Below, in pieces: positions 1 through 8,476 of a stretch of 64,000 nt of DNA. A program made the position numbers and the translations under genes. The first letter of the stretch is position 1; every line of letters starts with the position of its first letter. The stretch spans positions 1 to 64,000 of the forward strand of contig JBFWWG010000005.1 of NCBI GenBank assembly GCA_050246315.1, given 5' to 3'. The notes below the pieces were generated by a model. It had not been told where the DNA came from. It did not search any database and saw nothing but the letters and a program-made list of their open reading frames with translations. The stretch is from Nitrospiraceae bacterium (GTDB taxonomy: Bacteria; Nitrospirota; Nitrospiria; Nitrospirales; Nitrospiraceae).

Positions 1-127
1 GAGTATATCGAGGTGTTCTACAACCAAGAACGGTTACATCAAGCACTGGGCTATCGCAGTCCAGAGGAGTTCGAACGGCAGGAGAGTGGTGCGTAATTCA
101 CGTGTCTGTTATTCCGGGGCCACCTCA
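1..127 (+). mobile_element. 3' end of an IS3-family element: C-terminus of OrfB transposase (stop at 94-96) and right terminal inverted repeat ending ...CACCTCA
   Basis: Frame 1 reads [31 protein letters not shown], the typical IS3 OrfB tail. It is followed by GTGTCTGTTATTCCGGGGCCACCTCA, ending in the IS3-type CA-3'. Confidence 0.9.
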
Positions 128-399
128 GATCTTGTCTTGTGCATTGCTAGCTTTTTCCAATCCTGGAGGGTATCTCAAGACAAACCAATCTGTGAGGATG
201 AATGCATAGCTATGGAGTCACTCAAGAATAGCGAGAATAGGGTCAGGTCTTGTATCGTGCATTGCTCCGGGTCTGAATAGACATGGTCATGTCTTGTAAT
301 ACGACAGGCGGTTGAATAGGAGCGGAGCATGATCCGGGGATGAACCAATGAGATCAGTTCTTATGAAGGCCCTGTTCAACCAGTGTGGGGCAACATTGC

Positions 400-627
400 T
401 TATAATAGCTGGTTGAATTGGTCGACAGACAAACGAGCCTGTTTCAGTATGTGTGACAGTGTCGACCGCTTAAGAGGCCGATGTGCCGGAATCGTGACTT
501 TCAACACTTCGGCGGGGAGATGTTTCTGAAGTCGGATGTGACTGCCTTTTTGCCGGACAACCACCCAGCTATCTCGCTGCAATGCCCGAATCACCTCTGT
601 GTAGGAGAGGCTGGGAACTTTGCTCAT
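400..627 (-). CDS. hicA: HicA-family toxin
   Basis: 75 aa with VRQKGSH and VTIPAH...TLSHILKQA motifs; overlaps the upstream HicB stop. Confidence 0.9.
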   Translation of the reverse strand: MSKVPSLSYTEVIRALQRDSWVVVRQKGSHIRLQKHLPAEVLKVTIPAHRPLKRSTLSHILKQARLSVDQFNQLL

Positions 628-827
628 ACCGCGAGTTCGATCTGCTCCGCATCAGGACTGAGAGTCAGGTCGTCTTCGACAGGTTCCAGATATAACTCGA
701 TGGCCTCGCGAATGTTCTTTACGGCTGCTTCTTTGCTCTCCCCTTCACTGATACAGCCGGGAAGGGTAGGAACAAATACCGTGAAGCCGCCATCCTCGCT
801 GGGTTCGAGCACAATTCGAAGTTTCAT
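624..827 (-). CDS. hicB: HicB-family antitoxin (short form)
   Basis: EDGGFTVFVPTLPGCISEGESKEAAVKNIREAIELYLE; ATG at 827 preceded by GAGGT. Confidence 0.9.
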   Translation of the reverse strand: MKLRIVLEPSEDGGFTVFVPTLPGCISEGESKEAAVKNIREAIELYLEPVEDDLTLSPDAEQIELAV

Positions 828-1087
828 TGAGGACCTCACAATTCACAGGTTTTCTGAACTATAGCAAACGGATTCCATCCAGGCAACGACGGGGCATAGC
901 CTTACGCAAGTGCTGTGAACATTTGGCGACGGCATTCCGAAGGGAAAAATATGAAAATATGGGGTCACGGGGCCAAGAATAAGGTCAGGTCTTGTATCGT
1001 GCATTGCTCCGTGGTGGTAGAGGGCTGACAGAAAGGTGTCTGCAGTTAATTGTGTGCGGTTTGGAGTGCCAGCGTTGCTGATAGATG

Positions 1088-1312
1088 TCAGTTGTTGAGG
1101 AACTGGTCTGCTGTCACTCCAGCTTGCTTGAGAATGGCACGAAGGGTGCCCTCATGCATGTCGCCAGGATGGTTGGGGATGGTTGTATACCGATGTGTGG
1201 ATGAGTTGAACCAAATCTCGTGGCTACCGGCGGCCTGACGGTCGAACTGAAATCCGAGCGTCTTGAGGCGTTGAACGATTTCTCGATAACGGAATCCGGC
1301 TAGTCGTCCCAT
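1088..1312 (-). CDS. hicA: HicA-family toxin
   Basis: RQAAGSHEIW...TTIPNHPGDMHEGTLRAILKQAG. Confidence 0.9.
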   Translation of the reverse strand: MGRLAGFRYREIVQRLKTLGFQFDRQAAGSHEIWFNSSTHRYTTIPNHPGDMHEGTLRAILKQAGVTADQFLNN

Positions 1313-1542
1313 TAAGCGTTGACGATGAGGGGGTAATCGAATTCATCGCGGGCGGGCGGAAGCGGGGAGTCTCCTTCACGTTCCTGTTTGGCCTCGAGAA
1401 TTTTCTTGGCGACATCACGAGCGATGTCGATTGTCTCTTGAATCGTCCGCCCCTGCGCGACGAGGCCTTGTATGGCGTCAGAGGTCGCCAGATAAACGCC
1501 TTCTGGAAGCTTTTCAATATGGAGATTGACGATTCGTTCCAT
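1312..1542 (-). CDS. hicB: HicB-like antitoxin
   Basis: IEKLPEGVYLATSDAIQGLVAQGRTIQE; coupled to the downstream HicA. Confidence 0.85.
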   Translation of the reverse strand: MERIVNLHIEKLPEGVYLATSDAIQGLVAQGRTIQETIDIARDVAKKILEAKQEREGDSPLPPARDEFDYPLIVNA

Positions 1543-1625
1543 AGTGACACTCTTTCGAAAAAAATGTGGGTTCTTGTTATCGGCTCATCATACGTGATGG
1601 TGCGCTGCCAAGTCGAGAAGAGTCT

Positions 1626-2867
1626 ATGATTATTGCCGATATTGTCTCCCAGCATGCTGAGGAGGCAGCTTTTTTGTGGTTACTGCGGTCGAATGCAACG
1701 CGGCAGCCGCACTATGCGTTGAAAGATCTGGCCAAGCTGGATGGCCGGGTTGAGGCCCATCTTGATGGGCTGCGCGTGGCAGGGGAACCAGGCTGGGAGC
1801 TGTGCAAGGCCGCGCTGGGGAGCGAAGAGCCCGGCGAAATGTTCGCCGCGTCCGTGATGGCCTTTGAGTCGGATAATGAGTCGCGCATCCAGGCGGTGTT
1901 GGATGTGGTAGCTGCGAAACCGGAACTCTTGTATGGGATGGTTTCGGCCCTTGGATGGCTTTCCTTCGAACAAGCTTCGCCACACATTCAACCGTTACTC
2001 GGTTCGGAAGTGCACCTTCATCGCCAGATCGGTCTCGCGGCCTGTGCGGTGCATCGGGCCGATCCTGGTCAAGCCCTGAACCTTGCCGTGACCTCTCGGA
2101 ATCTGCCATTACGAGCGCGTGCCCTGAAGGCGGTCGGTGAGCTGGGACGGAAAGATTTGCTCGGCGCCGTGAAGGATCATCTGCGCGCAGAGGATGAGAA
2201 CGTCCGCTACTGGGCGGCCTGGTCCGGGGCTCTGCTCGGCGAACCGAGCGCAGTTCCAGTTCTGCAAGGGTTCGCGATTCCTAATAACTCGTATGCCGAA
2301 CAGGCCTGTGGGATGGCCCTACGCCGGCTGTCGTTGGATGAAGCCCATGCCTGGGGGAGGGAATTGGCCGGTCGACCAGCAACTCGGCGCATGGCTGTCA
2401 TCGGAGTAGGCGTTGTCGGCGATCCCGCGCAGATCCCCTGGCTGGTTGAACAGATGGCGATCCCCAACGTCGCGCGTGTTGCAGGCGAATCATTCACCTT
2501 CATCACTGGAATCGACCTGGCCTATGACGATCTTGAACGTGACAAGCCGGAGGGCTTCGAAGCCGGCCCTACCGAGAACCCAGAAGATGAGAATGTGGAA
2601 ATGGACCCGGATGAGGACTTGCCCTGGCCCCATCCGGAATTGATCGAGAAATGGTGGAGCCAGAACAAGAGTCGCTTTACAAACGGGACCCGCTATCTCT
2701 GCGGCCAGCCGATGACCGTCGAATCACTCAATCAAGTTTTGCGAACTGGCAAGCAACGCCAGCGCATCGCTGCGGCGATCGAACTCGCCATGCGCCAACC
2801 CGGCACGCCACTCTTCAACACCAGCGCCCCCGGCTTCCGCCAGACCAAGATATTAAAGGCTTCATGA
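1626..2867 (+). CDS. TIGR02270-family HEAT-like repeat protein (usually T6SS/PAAR-locus associated)
   Basis: QHAEEAAFLW...RVEAHLDGL N-terminus, acidic DPDEDLPWP segment and RYLCG C-terminal signature. Confidence 0.85.
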   Translation: MIIADIVSQHAEEAAFLWLLRSNATRQPHYALKDLAKLDGRVEAHLDGLRVAGEPGWELCKAALGSEEPGEMFAASVMAFESDNESRIQAVLDVVAAKPELLYGMVSALGWLSFEQASPHIQPLLGSEVHLHRQIGLAACAVHRADPGQALNLAVTSRNLPLRARALKAVGELGRKDLLGAVKDHLRAEDENVRYWAAWSGALLGEPSAVPVLQGFAIPNNSYAEQACGMALRRLSLDEAHAWGRELAGRPATRRMAVIGVGVVGDPAQIPWLVEQMAIPNVARVAGESFTFITGIDLAYDDLERDKPEGFEAGPTENPEDENVEMDPDEDLPWPHPELIEKWWSQNKSRFTNGTRYLCGQPMTVESLNQVLRTGKQRQRIAAAIELAMRQPGTPLFNTSAPGFRQTKILKAS

Positions 2868-2942
2868 AGATGAGCATACCTCGAGAGCGACGGTAAGGAA
2901 AATGATTCCGTTTCGATTCAAGAAGCGGCAAGAGCGGTCCTT

Positions 2943-3584
2943 ATGCCATCACACCTGTTTAATTTGAATAGATCGCTTACCTGGCAAGATTACGGCAAGC
3001 CTCGTAAATTACCCGCGCCTGCACCGAGCGAAACAGCGAAGGCGGCATTCACCCATGCGGACTATTCCTTTACCTATACTTACGATAATCTACCCAAGGT
3101 CGCTGGCGAAGCGTTACCCCTGGATATAGCACTTGGCGATATAACCATCACCATTACCTTTAACCGGGTCAAGAGTTGGGTGGCTTCGTGGGTGTTTCAG
3201 TGCCCTAAACAGTTTCAGGATGATCTGCTGACGCATGAGCAAGGTCACTACGACATTGTGGCCCTAATGGCACGGGATCTTTTCACCGACCTGTTTGCCC
3301 TCAAGAACCATGCCTATCAGGAAAAACGAGCGTTAGATGAGAGGGTAACAGCGCTTAACGATGACTGTGTCCACAACATAGAGGTCATTGGTAGTCGCTA
3401 TGAAAACGAGACCAAAAACGGGCAGCGGCCTGAGCAGCAGCGCAGCTGGAGTGGGTTCATCCACACAGCGTTCACACAAGCACGGCAACCCCCTGAACTT
3501 GCGGCGGACGGGACTCCCTATAGAGTGCGTCTATTGGAAGTGCTTCGTAAGAACGGTGTTGATCTCTCTCAACCGCTCAAATGA
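2943..3584 (+). CDS. DUF922-like predicted Zn-dependent peptidase
   Basis: LTWQDY N-terminal motif, SWV, LLTHEQGHYDI (HExxH), YENETKNG. Confidence 0.7.
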   Translation: MPSHLFNLNRSLTWQDYGKPRKLPAPAPSETAKAAFTHADYSFTYTYDNLPKVAGEALPLDIALGDITITITFNRVKSWVASWVFQCPKQFQDDLLTHEQGHYDIVALMARDLFTDLFALKNHAYQEKRALDERVTALNDDCVHNIEVIGSRYENETKNGQRPEQQRSWSGFIHTAFTQARQPPELAADGTPYRVRLLEVLRKNGVDLSQPLK

Positions 3585-3703
3585 CAGATGCGTATGGCGC
3601 TAACGATGCTCTCCGCCACAAGAATTTGCTGGATCGAATGAGTCGATCAACACCGTCCTGCAAGGAATTCCACTTTCGCCAATATGCGAATTCACGAGAT
3701 CCA

Positions 3704-3775
3704 ATGAACGAACCCGGCCAGCCGCTCTTCAACACTAGCGCACTCGGCTTCCGGCAGCAGGCGCATTTTAAGTAA
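3704..3775 (+). pseudogene. Diverged duplicate of the last ~20 codons of the TIGR02270 gene
   Basis: EPGQPLFNTSALGFRQ versus QPGTPLFNTSAPGFRQ at ~2796-2843. Confidence 0.75.
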
Positions 3776-3868
3776 GGGGATCTTCACTCTGAGTGGCGGT
3801 TATATATCTATGGTGAATGTTCTGGAAGAAGATGACGCTTCGATTTCTGGAATGCGATGAGAACGACG

Positions 3869-4133
3869 TTATTCGTAATGCGTCCACATCCGAAGGATTT
3901 TCACGCGGTGCTCCTTTTCGAGCACCTGGTACACGAGCCGATGATGGATGTTGATCCGTCGAGAGTAGGCTCCTGCGAGATCGCCAACCAGCTTTTCATA
4001 GGGAGGCGGAGTTTGGAACGGATTCTCCACGATAAGAGTCAGCAATGCTTCGGCCTTGCTTCGGAGACCGCTGGCGGCTAATTTCTTGGCATCACGTTGA
4101 TGCCTGCTTCGTGTAGACGACCTGCCACGTCAC
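3869..4133 (-). pseudogene. yoeB: Txe/YoeB-family toxin with a +1 frameshift near 4100
   Basis: Manual translation: MTWQVVYTKQA / QRDAKKLAASGLRSKAEALL...PPPYEKLVGDLAGAYSRRINIHHRLVYQV...MWTHYE*; one extra base after codon 11. Confidence 0.85.
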
Positions 4134-4372
4134 CAGCGCAGGTCTTTCGAGCACTTCGAGATGGGGGTCTTCAGACCTTTGCGAATGGATTCCCGCATGT
4201 CTGGAATGGAGAGGAGATACACGGTTTCCTGAATAGCGCGCCAGTCCTCTTCTGAGATGAGTACCGCATTTGCTCGCTGATCGGTAATGACGATGGGCTC
4301 ATGGGAACGTGCGGTTTGATCTATGAGCTGGCGCAATTTTGATTTGGCCTGTGCCGCGCGAATGGTGGTCAT
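4130..4372 (-). CDS. yefM: Phd/YefM-family antitoxin
   Basis: AKSKLRQLIDQT...NAVLISEEDWRAIQETVYLLSIPDMRESI. Confidence 0.9.
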   Translation of the reverse strand: MTTIRAAQAKSKLRQLIDQTARSHEPIVITDQRANAVLISEEDWRAIQETVYLLSIPDMRESIRKGLKTPISKCSKDLRW

Positions 4373-4432
4373 GATATTGTCCTCAATGCGACTGCGACTT
4401 GACTCAGAAGGTAAGTGACGAGTGCTGAATTG

Positions 4433-4637
4433 TCAAGGCGACTCGCTGAGCGGCTTGCCAAGTGGATGCCGGGCAGGTAGGCCAGGAAACCGATGGTAGT
4501 CACGGTCGGCGGTCACCCATTCACTGCCGCTCTCAATGGCTAATGCAGCGAGGAAGGCATCCGGGACGAGATTGCCCTTGATGTCGGCGGTCTTGCACAG
4601 ACGGGAAAAGATGTCCCAGTGACGGGGGCCAGGATTG
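4433..4637 (-). pseudogene. C-terminal half of a VapC/PIN toxin (5' part missing)
   Basis: Manual translation NPGPRHWDIFSRLCKTADIKGNLVPDAFLAALAIESGSEWVTADRDYHRFPGL; no start, abuts the higA stop. Confidence 0.8.
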
Positions 4638-4646
4638 GTCTCATAT

Positions 4647-5102
4647 TCATTGTCTTTTTCTGGCCATCGCTCGCTTCTTTGTTTTTAGGATCGGAATGAA
4701 CAGAGCAGGCGAGACGCCGAACCGTCCAGCCAGGTGGGCGATTTGGCGAACGTTCAGTTCACGAGTTCCGGAAAGGATTTCCGAAACCACGCCTTGGCTT
4801 CCGATCTCGGGTAAGTCAGATTGGTTGAGCCCATGTTCCTCCATAAGGCATCGAAGAATCTGAGGTCCGGAAGCGTCGGGAACGGGGACATGGACTTCCT
4901 CATACGACTCAATGGACAGGGCCAACATCTCGGCCAGGTCGGCCAGGGGATGATTCTCGTTTTGGCCGATTTCGTCCAGAATATCATCGAGGACGGCAAC
5001 CGCATGGTCGTATTCTTCCGCGGTGTGTAACACGCCGAGGGGAACCCGTTTACGAATCCGGCGGTATTCGGCGTTGGCCTCATGGATGTATTTTGCCAGC
5101 AT
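4647..5102 (-). CDS. higA: HigA-family antitoxin (HTH)
   Basis: EEYDHAV...LMEEHGLNQSDLPEIGSQGVVSEILSGTRELNVRQI. Confidence 0.9.
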   Translation of the reverse strand: MLAKYIHEANAEYRRIRKRVPLGVLHTAEEYDHAVAVLDDILDEIGQNENHPLADLAEMLALSIESYEEVHVPVPDASGPQILRCLMEEHGLNQSDLPEIGSQGVVSEILSGTRELNVRQIAHLAGRFGVSPALFIPILKTKKRAMARKRQ

Positions 5103-5105
5103 GAG

Positions 5106-5402
5106 TCATTTCCTCCATGTGCGACGGTCGTACTCGGCGTGGGTAAGTACGTGCCGGATGTACACCTTCTTTCGGTTGTAATGAATGGCAACAATCAGAC
5201 GGTATTTATTCCCTCCGATGTTGAAGACCGTGAACTGCCCGACCTGGTCCGCGGAAGGAAATGTGATCCGCAAGTCGGCGAAGGAGGAATAATCGGTCTT
5301 CCTGACAATGGCAAACCAGTGAAGCAACGAGGGTCGGGCAGCCGGATGTTTGTGCGCGAATTCGATCAGCCTCCTTCGAGTAATGACATGCACAGTGTGC
5401 AT
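5106..5402 (-). CDS. higB: HigB-family toxin
   Basis: FPSADQVGQFTVFNIGGNKYRLIVAIHY...LTHAEYDR. Confidence 0.9.
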   Translation of the reverse strand: MHTVHVITRRRLIEFAHKHPAARPSLLHWFAIVRKTDYSSFADLRITFPSADQVGQFTVFNIGGNKYRLIVAIHYNRKKVYIRHVLTHAEYDRRTWRK

Positions 5403-5714
5403 GGTATCTCAATATGAGATTTTCTGTCAAGGTCGACGCGCTCTGGGGTTGAGGACGGGATAGGGAATACTTGCGAGTGCGCTCTCATTCGATGGTCGCT
5501 CTTCAACCACAGCGCCCCCGGTTCCGGTAGCAGGAGTTGCTGAAATAGGGAACTGAGACAGAAGAGAGATCCCATGGCTTTCACCTGTCCGCGCTTCAAG
5601 CCGAGCCACAGTGTGAACAAGGTCGCGACGGGCAGCATTCATTCTTCATGCTCTGATGAGTAACAATAGAGTTCCTCGCATACAACGGGCGGCGGTACAG
5701 GGAACCTTTGGACT

Positions 5715-6247
5715 GGACGTTTCCATCTTCTGGGCGGGGGCATTTGTGCTCAACAAGTCGATGCCATCGTCAACGCTGCTAATTCCACATTACTCGACGG
5801 TGGGGGCGTGGACGGGGCGATCCATGACGCGGGTGGTCAGCCATTCTGGAACAATGCGAGAAGATTCGGCGTGTGCGATATCCGCACGGTCTCCCGACCG
5901 GTGAGGCCGTCCTAACATCCGGCGGCTTATTGGCGGTACGGTGTGTGATCCACACTGCTGGGCCTATCAAAGGTGTGCACGGCGAACAGGATGCATCGTT
6001 GTCGACTTCCTGTTACACCAATAGCCTGCGGCTCGCGGTGCAGCACAAATTGCGAACGCTTGCTTTCCCGTCGATTTCGACTGGGATTTATGGCTATTCA
6101 CGCGAGGAGGCTGCCGTGGTGGCATCTGAGGCGAGTAGTCGATTTCTCGCACGAGACTCATGCCTTTCAGAGGCACGGTTGATCATTTTGGCCGAACGGG
6201 ACGCCGTTCTGTTCTTGAAGCACCAACGCTTCCCGGTGAAGGGTTGA
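5715..6247 (+). pseudogene. Macrodomain protein (O-acetyl-ADP-ribose deacetylase/YmdB-like), frameshifted near 5838
   Basis: [27 protein letters not shown] in one frame, then [11 protein letters not shown]...TGEAVLT...VIHTAGP...AFPSISTGIYGY in another; start position approximate. Confidence 0.8.
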
Positions 6248-6377
6248 GCGGGCGAGGCATACCCCTATGACGTCATGCGCCAGCCAGGCCCGCCGCGATT
6301 GAGCCCAGGCAACGGGCTCGTCGTCATCAGGCGCTACCGGTGTGGGAGAAGTAAATCGGGCAAAGGGAGGTACGATT

Positions 6378-6911
6378 GTGCCACGCAACACGGCCAAGTG
6401 GATCAATCAGGAGTTGATGAGTCAGGGCTACCACAAAGCGTTAGAGGGCATGAGTATGGTGCGGCAATACGATCTGGCCCCTGACCTTGTGCTGTATCGG
6501 TTCATTGATACATCTAACGGTAGCCCCGAAACCGGCGCCAATGGTCCCTGGTGGCTAGAGTATGAGCATTTTATGAAGATCAAACAATTTGCCTTACAGC
6601 ATGGGTACTCATTGAGCTATGCCGCCCGGCTGTTTGCCGCCATCCTCTATGAATACAGCGAGGTGAACGGATACGTGCGGGCGAGGGTCCTCCAGCCCCT
6701 CCGGTGTTGGAAGGGCAGAGGGAAACAGGTGAGAAGTGCAGGCAGAGATCCGCGTGACCTGCCCACCATGACGCCCATGCAAAGCATTCATGAAATTTAC
6801 CAGCTCTATGTGCCGGGCATTGTTCGCGGGGGATCGCTCTTTGGATCTGCCTTCAAGTTTCTGGAATACAGTCCACTGCCGGTCTCGAAGGGCTGGCCGG
6901 AGTTGCGCTAA
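6378..6911 (+). CDS. Hypothetical protein, possible NADase/ART-like toxin fold
   Basis: GGAGG before GTG at 6378; LYRF...GPWW...AARLFAAI...WKG...QLYVP pattern; function speculative. Confidence 0.6.
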   Translation: MPRNTAKWINQELMSQGYHKALEGMSMVRQYDLAPDLVLYRFIDTSNGSPETGANGPWWLEYEHFMKIKQFALQHGYSLSYAARLFAAILYEYSEVNGYVRARVLQPLRCWKGRGKQVRSAGRDPRDLPTMTPMQSIHEIYQLYVPGIVRGGSLFGSAFKFLEYSPLPVSKGWPELR

Positions 6912-7114
6912 TTAGGTCGCCTTCAGCGAACGTCCCATGAACTGTCACGGTGAGTTTAAGTTCATATCCAAGAAAAGTAGCAGAGGTCGTGCCTTTGCTG
7001 GTTGATTTGCGCCAATCACGGACATAGTTTTTTGTCACCCAGTTTCCGGCTCCGGCCGTAGGCAGCATGATTTCCGGCACATTCAATCGCCGAAGTTCAG
7101 GAGGACTATAGTCG

Positions 7115-7735
7115 ATGCCCAGCCCACAGGCAACAGACCAACTTCAGGACCTGCAACCGGACTCCAATAAGCGCCTTCCTGATAGTGTCATAACCGGAAT
7201 GACGCTGAGCTTCACTCGTGCACGATATCAATTGATCCGAAGTCGGAAAAATCCATCTGGTGCGGGGTTCATTTATGAACCGACTCTGGGCGCCTCCTCC
7301 GTATCGACGAACTCACAAGCCATACGCAGGGTGATGACGCTTTCTACCGACTCCGAACAGAGTTTTACCGGGACCCTGAATACCGCACTCCTTGGTGGAG
7401 CGAGCTATCCAATTCTGGAGGCGGTGCTGGGCACCTTCGTTGGGACTGTTTCGGCGGGAGCAGGGCTGTTGTTCACGGTCGCGTCCACGGCATTGAATAT
7501 CGCGCGAACCACCCAGCGCGTTCTTGCTAGAGAGGGTGATGAGATCTGGCAGGTTGAGGAGATAGGAAGGGCAAAAAAGACCGGGTGGATTAGTGGCGAT
7601 TCGGTGGTCGCAGTGCACGTCGGTTCCTACTTTCTTGTCGATCCATATCGATCAAGCGGCAATGCTCGCCACAAGGGATGGTTGATCCACGAAGAGCGCA
7701 CGGAATTGACGCTCGTGCAACCTCGAAAAGAGTAG
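7115..7735 (+). CDS. Hypothetical protein with a central Gly-rich hydrophobic segment
   Basis: 206-aa ORF with AGGAGG RBS, co-oriented with its neighbours. Confidence 0.65.
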   Translation: MPSPQATDQLQDLQPDSNKRLPDSVITGMTLSFTRARYQLIRSRKNPSGAGFIYEPTLGASSVSTNSQAIRRVMTLSTDSEQSFTGTLNTALLGGASYPILEAVLGTFVGTVSAGAGLLFTVASTALNIARTTQRVLAREGDEIWQVEEIGRAKKTGWISGDSVVAVHVGSYFLVDPYRSSGNARHKGWLIHEERTELTLVQPRKE

Positions 7736-7780
7736 GCATCCGGTGTTTGAAAGTCGGCGCATCAAGCTAGGAGGGTTTTC

Positions 7781-8419
7781 ATGGGAGCAGGACGCACACC
7801 AGGACCGATTGGGTCAGATACCAGGCCATTGCACGGGTCCTTTGATCCGCATCTCCCGATTGGCGGGTTCGGAACTCCCGGTCCGCTCGGCCTGAATGAG
7901 GGCGCGATCTCGGGCCCGCGGCTGACGGGATGGCCACGACAGATCTCGTGGAATGAGTTTAAGGATGTGGCCACCCGCCCGACCGGGGAGAACGAGGATG
8001 CGCAGATCGAGACCCAGACCACGCAGCCGGAGCGGGTCGGGGTGGCGCGTGAGCAAGGCCGATTTCGGCTGGGGGATTTTGAAGTCCGGCTCAGGGTCGT
8101 CCGCGACAACTCGTGGGTTGTGGCAGGTCAAAAGAGCGAGACACTACTGGCTCACGAGCAGGGCCATTTCGACATCACCGGTTTGGTGGCCCGTGACCTG
8201 GTCAAGGCGCTGGGTGCTTTGCGGGTGGGTACAACCGACGAGTTGCAGCGGGAAGTGTCACGGCTGTACGAGGCCTATAACGCCTGGGGACAACGGCTTT
8301 CCGACCAGTATGACGAGGAGACGAATCACGGCCGGAATGCCAACGTGCAATCAGAGTGGGAATCTCGTATACGGACTTGTATTCAACAGGGGACGAGTTT
8401 GGGCACGCCGCCGGCTTGA
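7781..8419 (+). CDS. DUF922-like Zn peptidase with an N-terminal repeated TPGP(I/L)G segment
   Basis: ISWNEF, SWV, LLAHEQGHFDI, YDEETNHG. Confidence 0.72.
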   Translation: MGAGRTPGPIGSDTRPLHGSFDPHLPIGGFGTPGPLGLNEGAISGPRLTGWPRQISWNEFKDVATRPTGENEDAQIETQTTQPERVGVAREQGRFRLGDFEVRLRVVRDNSWVVAGQKSETLLAHEQGHFDITGLVARDLVKALGALRVGTTDELQREVSRLYEAYNAWGQRLSDQYDEETNHGRNANVQSEWESRIRTCIQQGTSLGTPPA

Positions 8420-8476
8420 AGGGATTCTGGGGTACGAACGATCAGTCCGGCTGCTCCCCAACGGAGATAAAATGGC

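Larger units (their letters stand above)
234..1011 (+). repeat. 36-bp direct repeat (234-269 and 976-1011) bracketing the first hicBA pair; degenerate copies at ~125-148 and ~285-298
   Basis: AGAATA(G/A)GGTCAGGTCTTGTATCGTGCATTGCTCCG, 35/36 identical by direct comparison. Confidence 0.85.

Noticed and set aside
125..1011. 36-bp repeats as a CRISPR array
   Set aside because: Only two good copies ~740 bp apart with genes between, no regular spacers, no cas genes
3857..4081. Plus-strand 74-aa ORF
   Set aside because: Antisense shadow of the frameshifted YoeB gene
6853..7086. Minus-strand 77-aa ORF with protein-like composition
   Set aside because: TTG start, no clear RBS, overlaps a better-supported gene; may be a fragment but is unsupported
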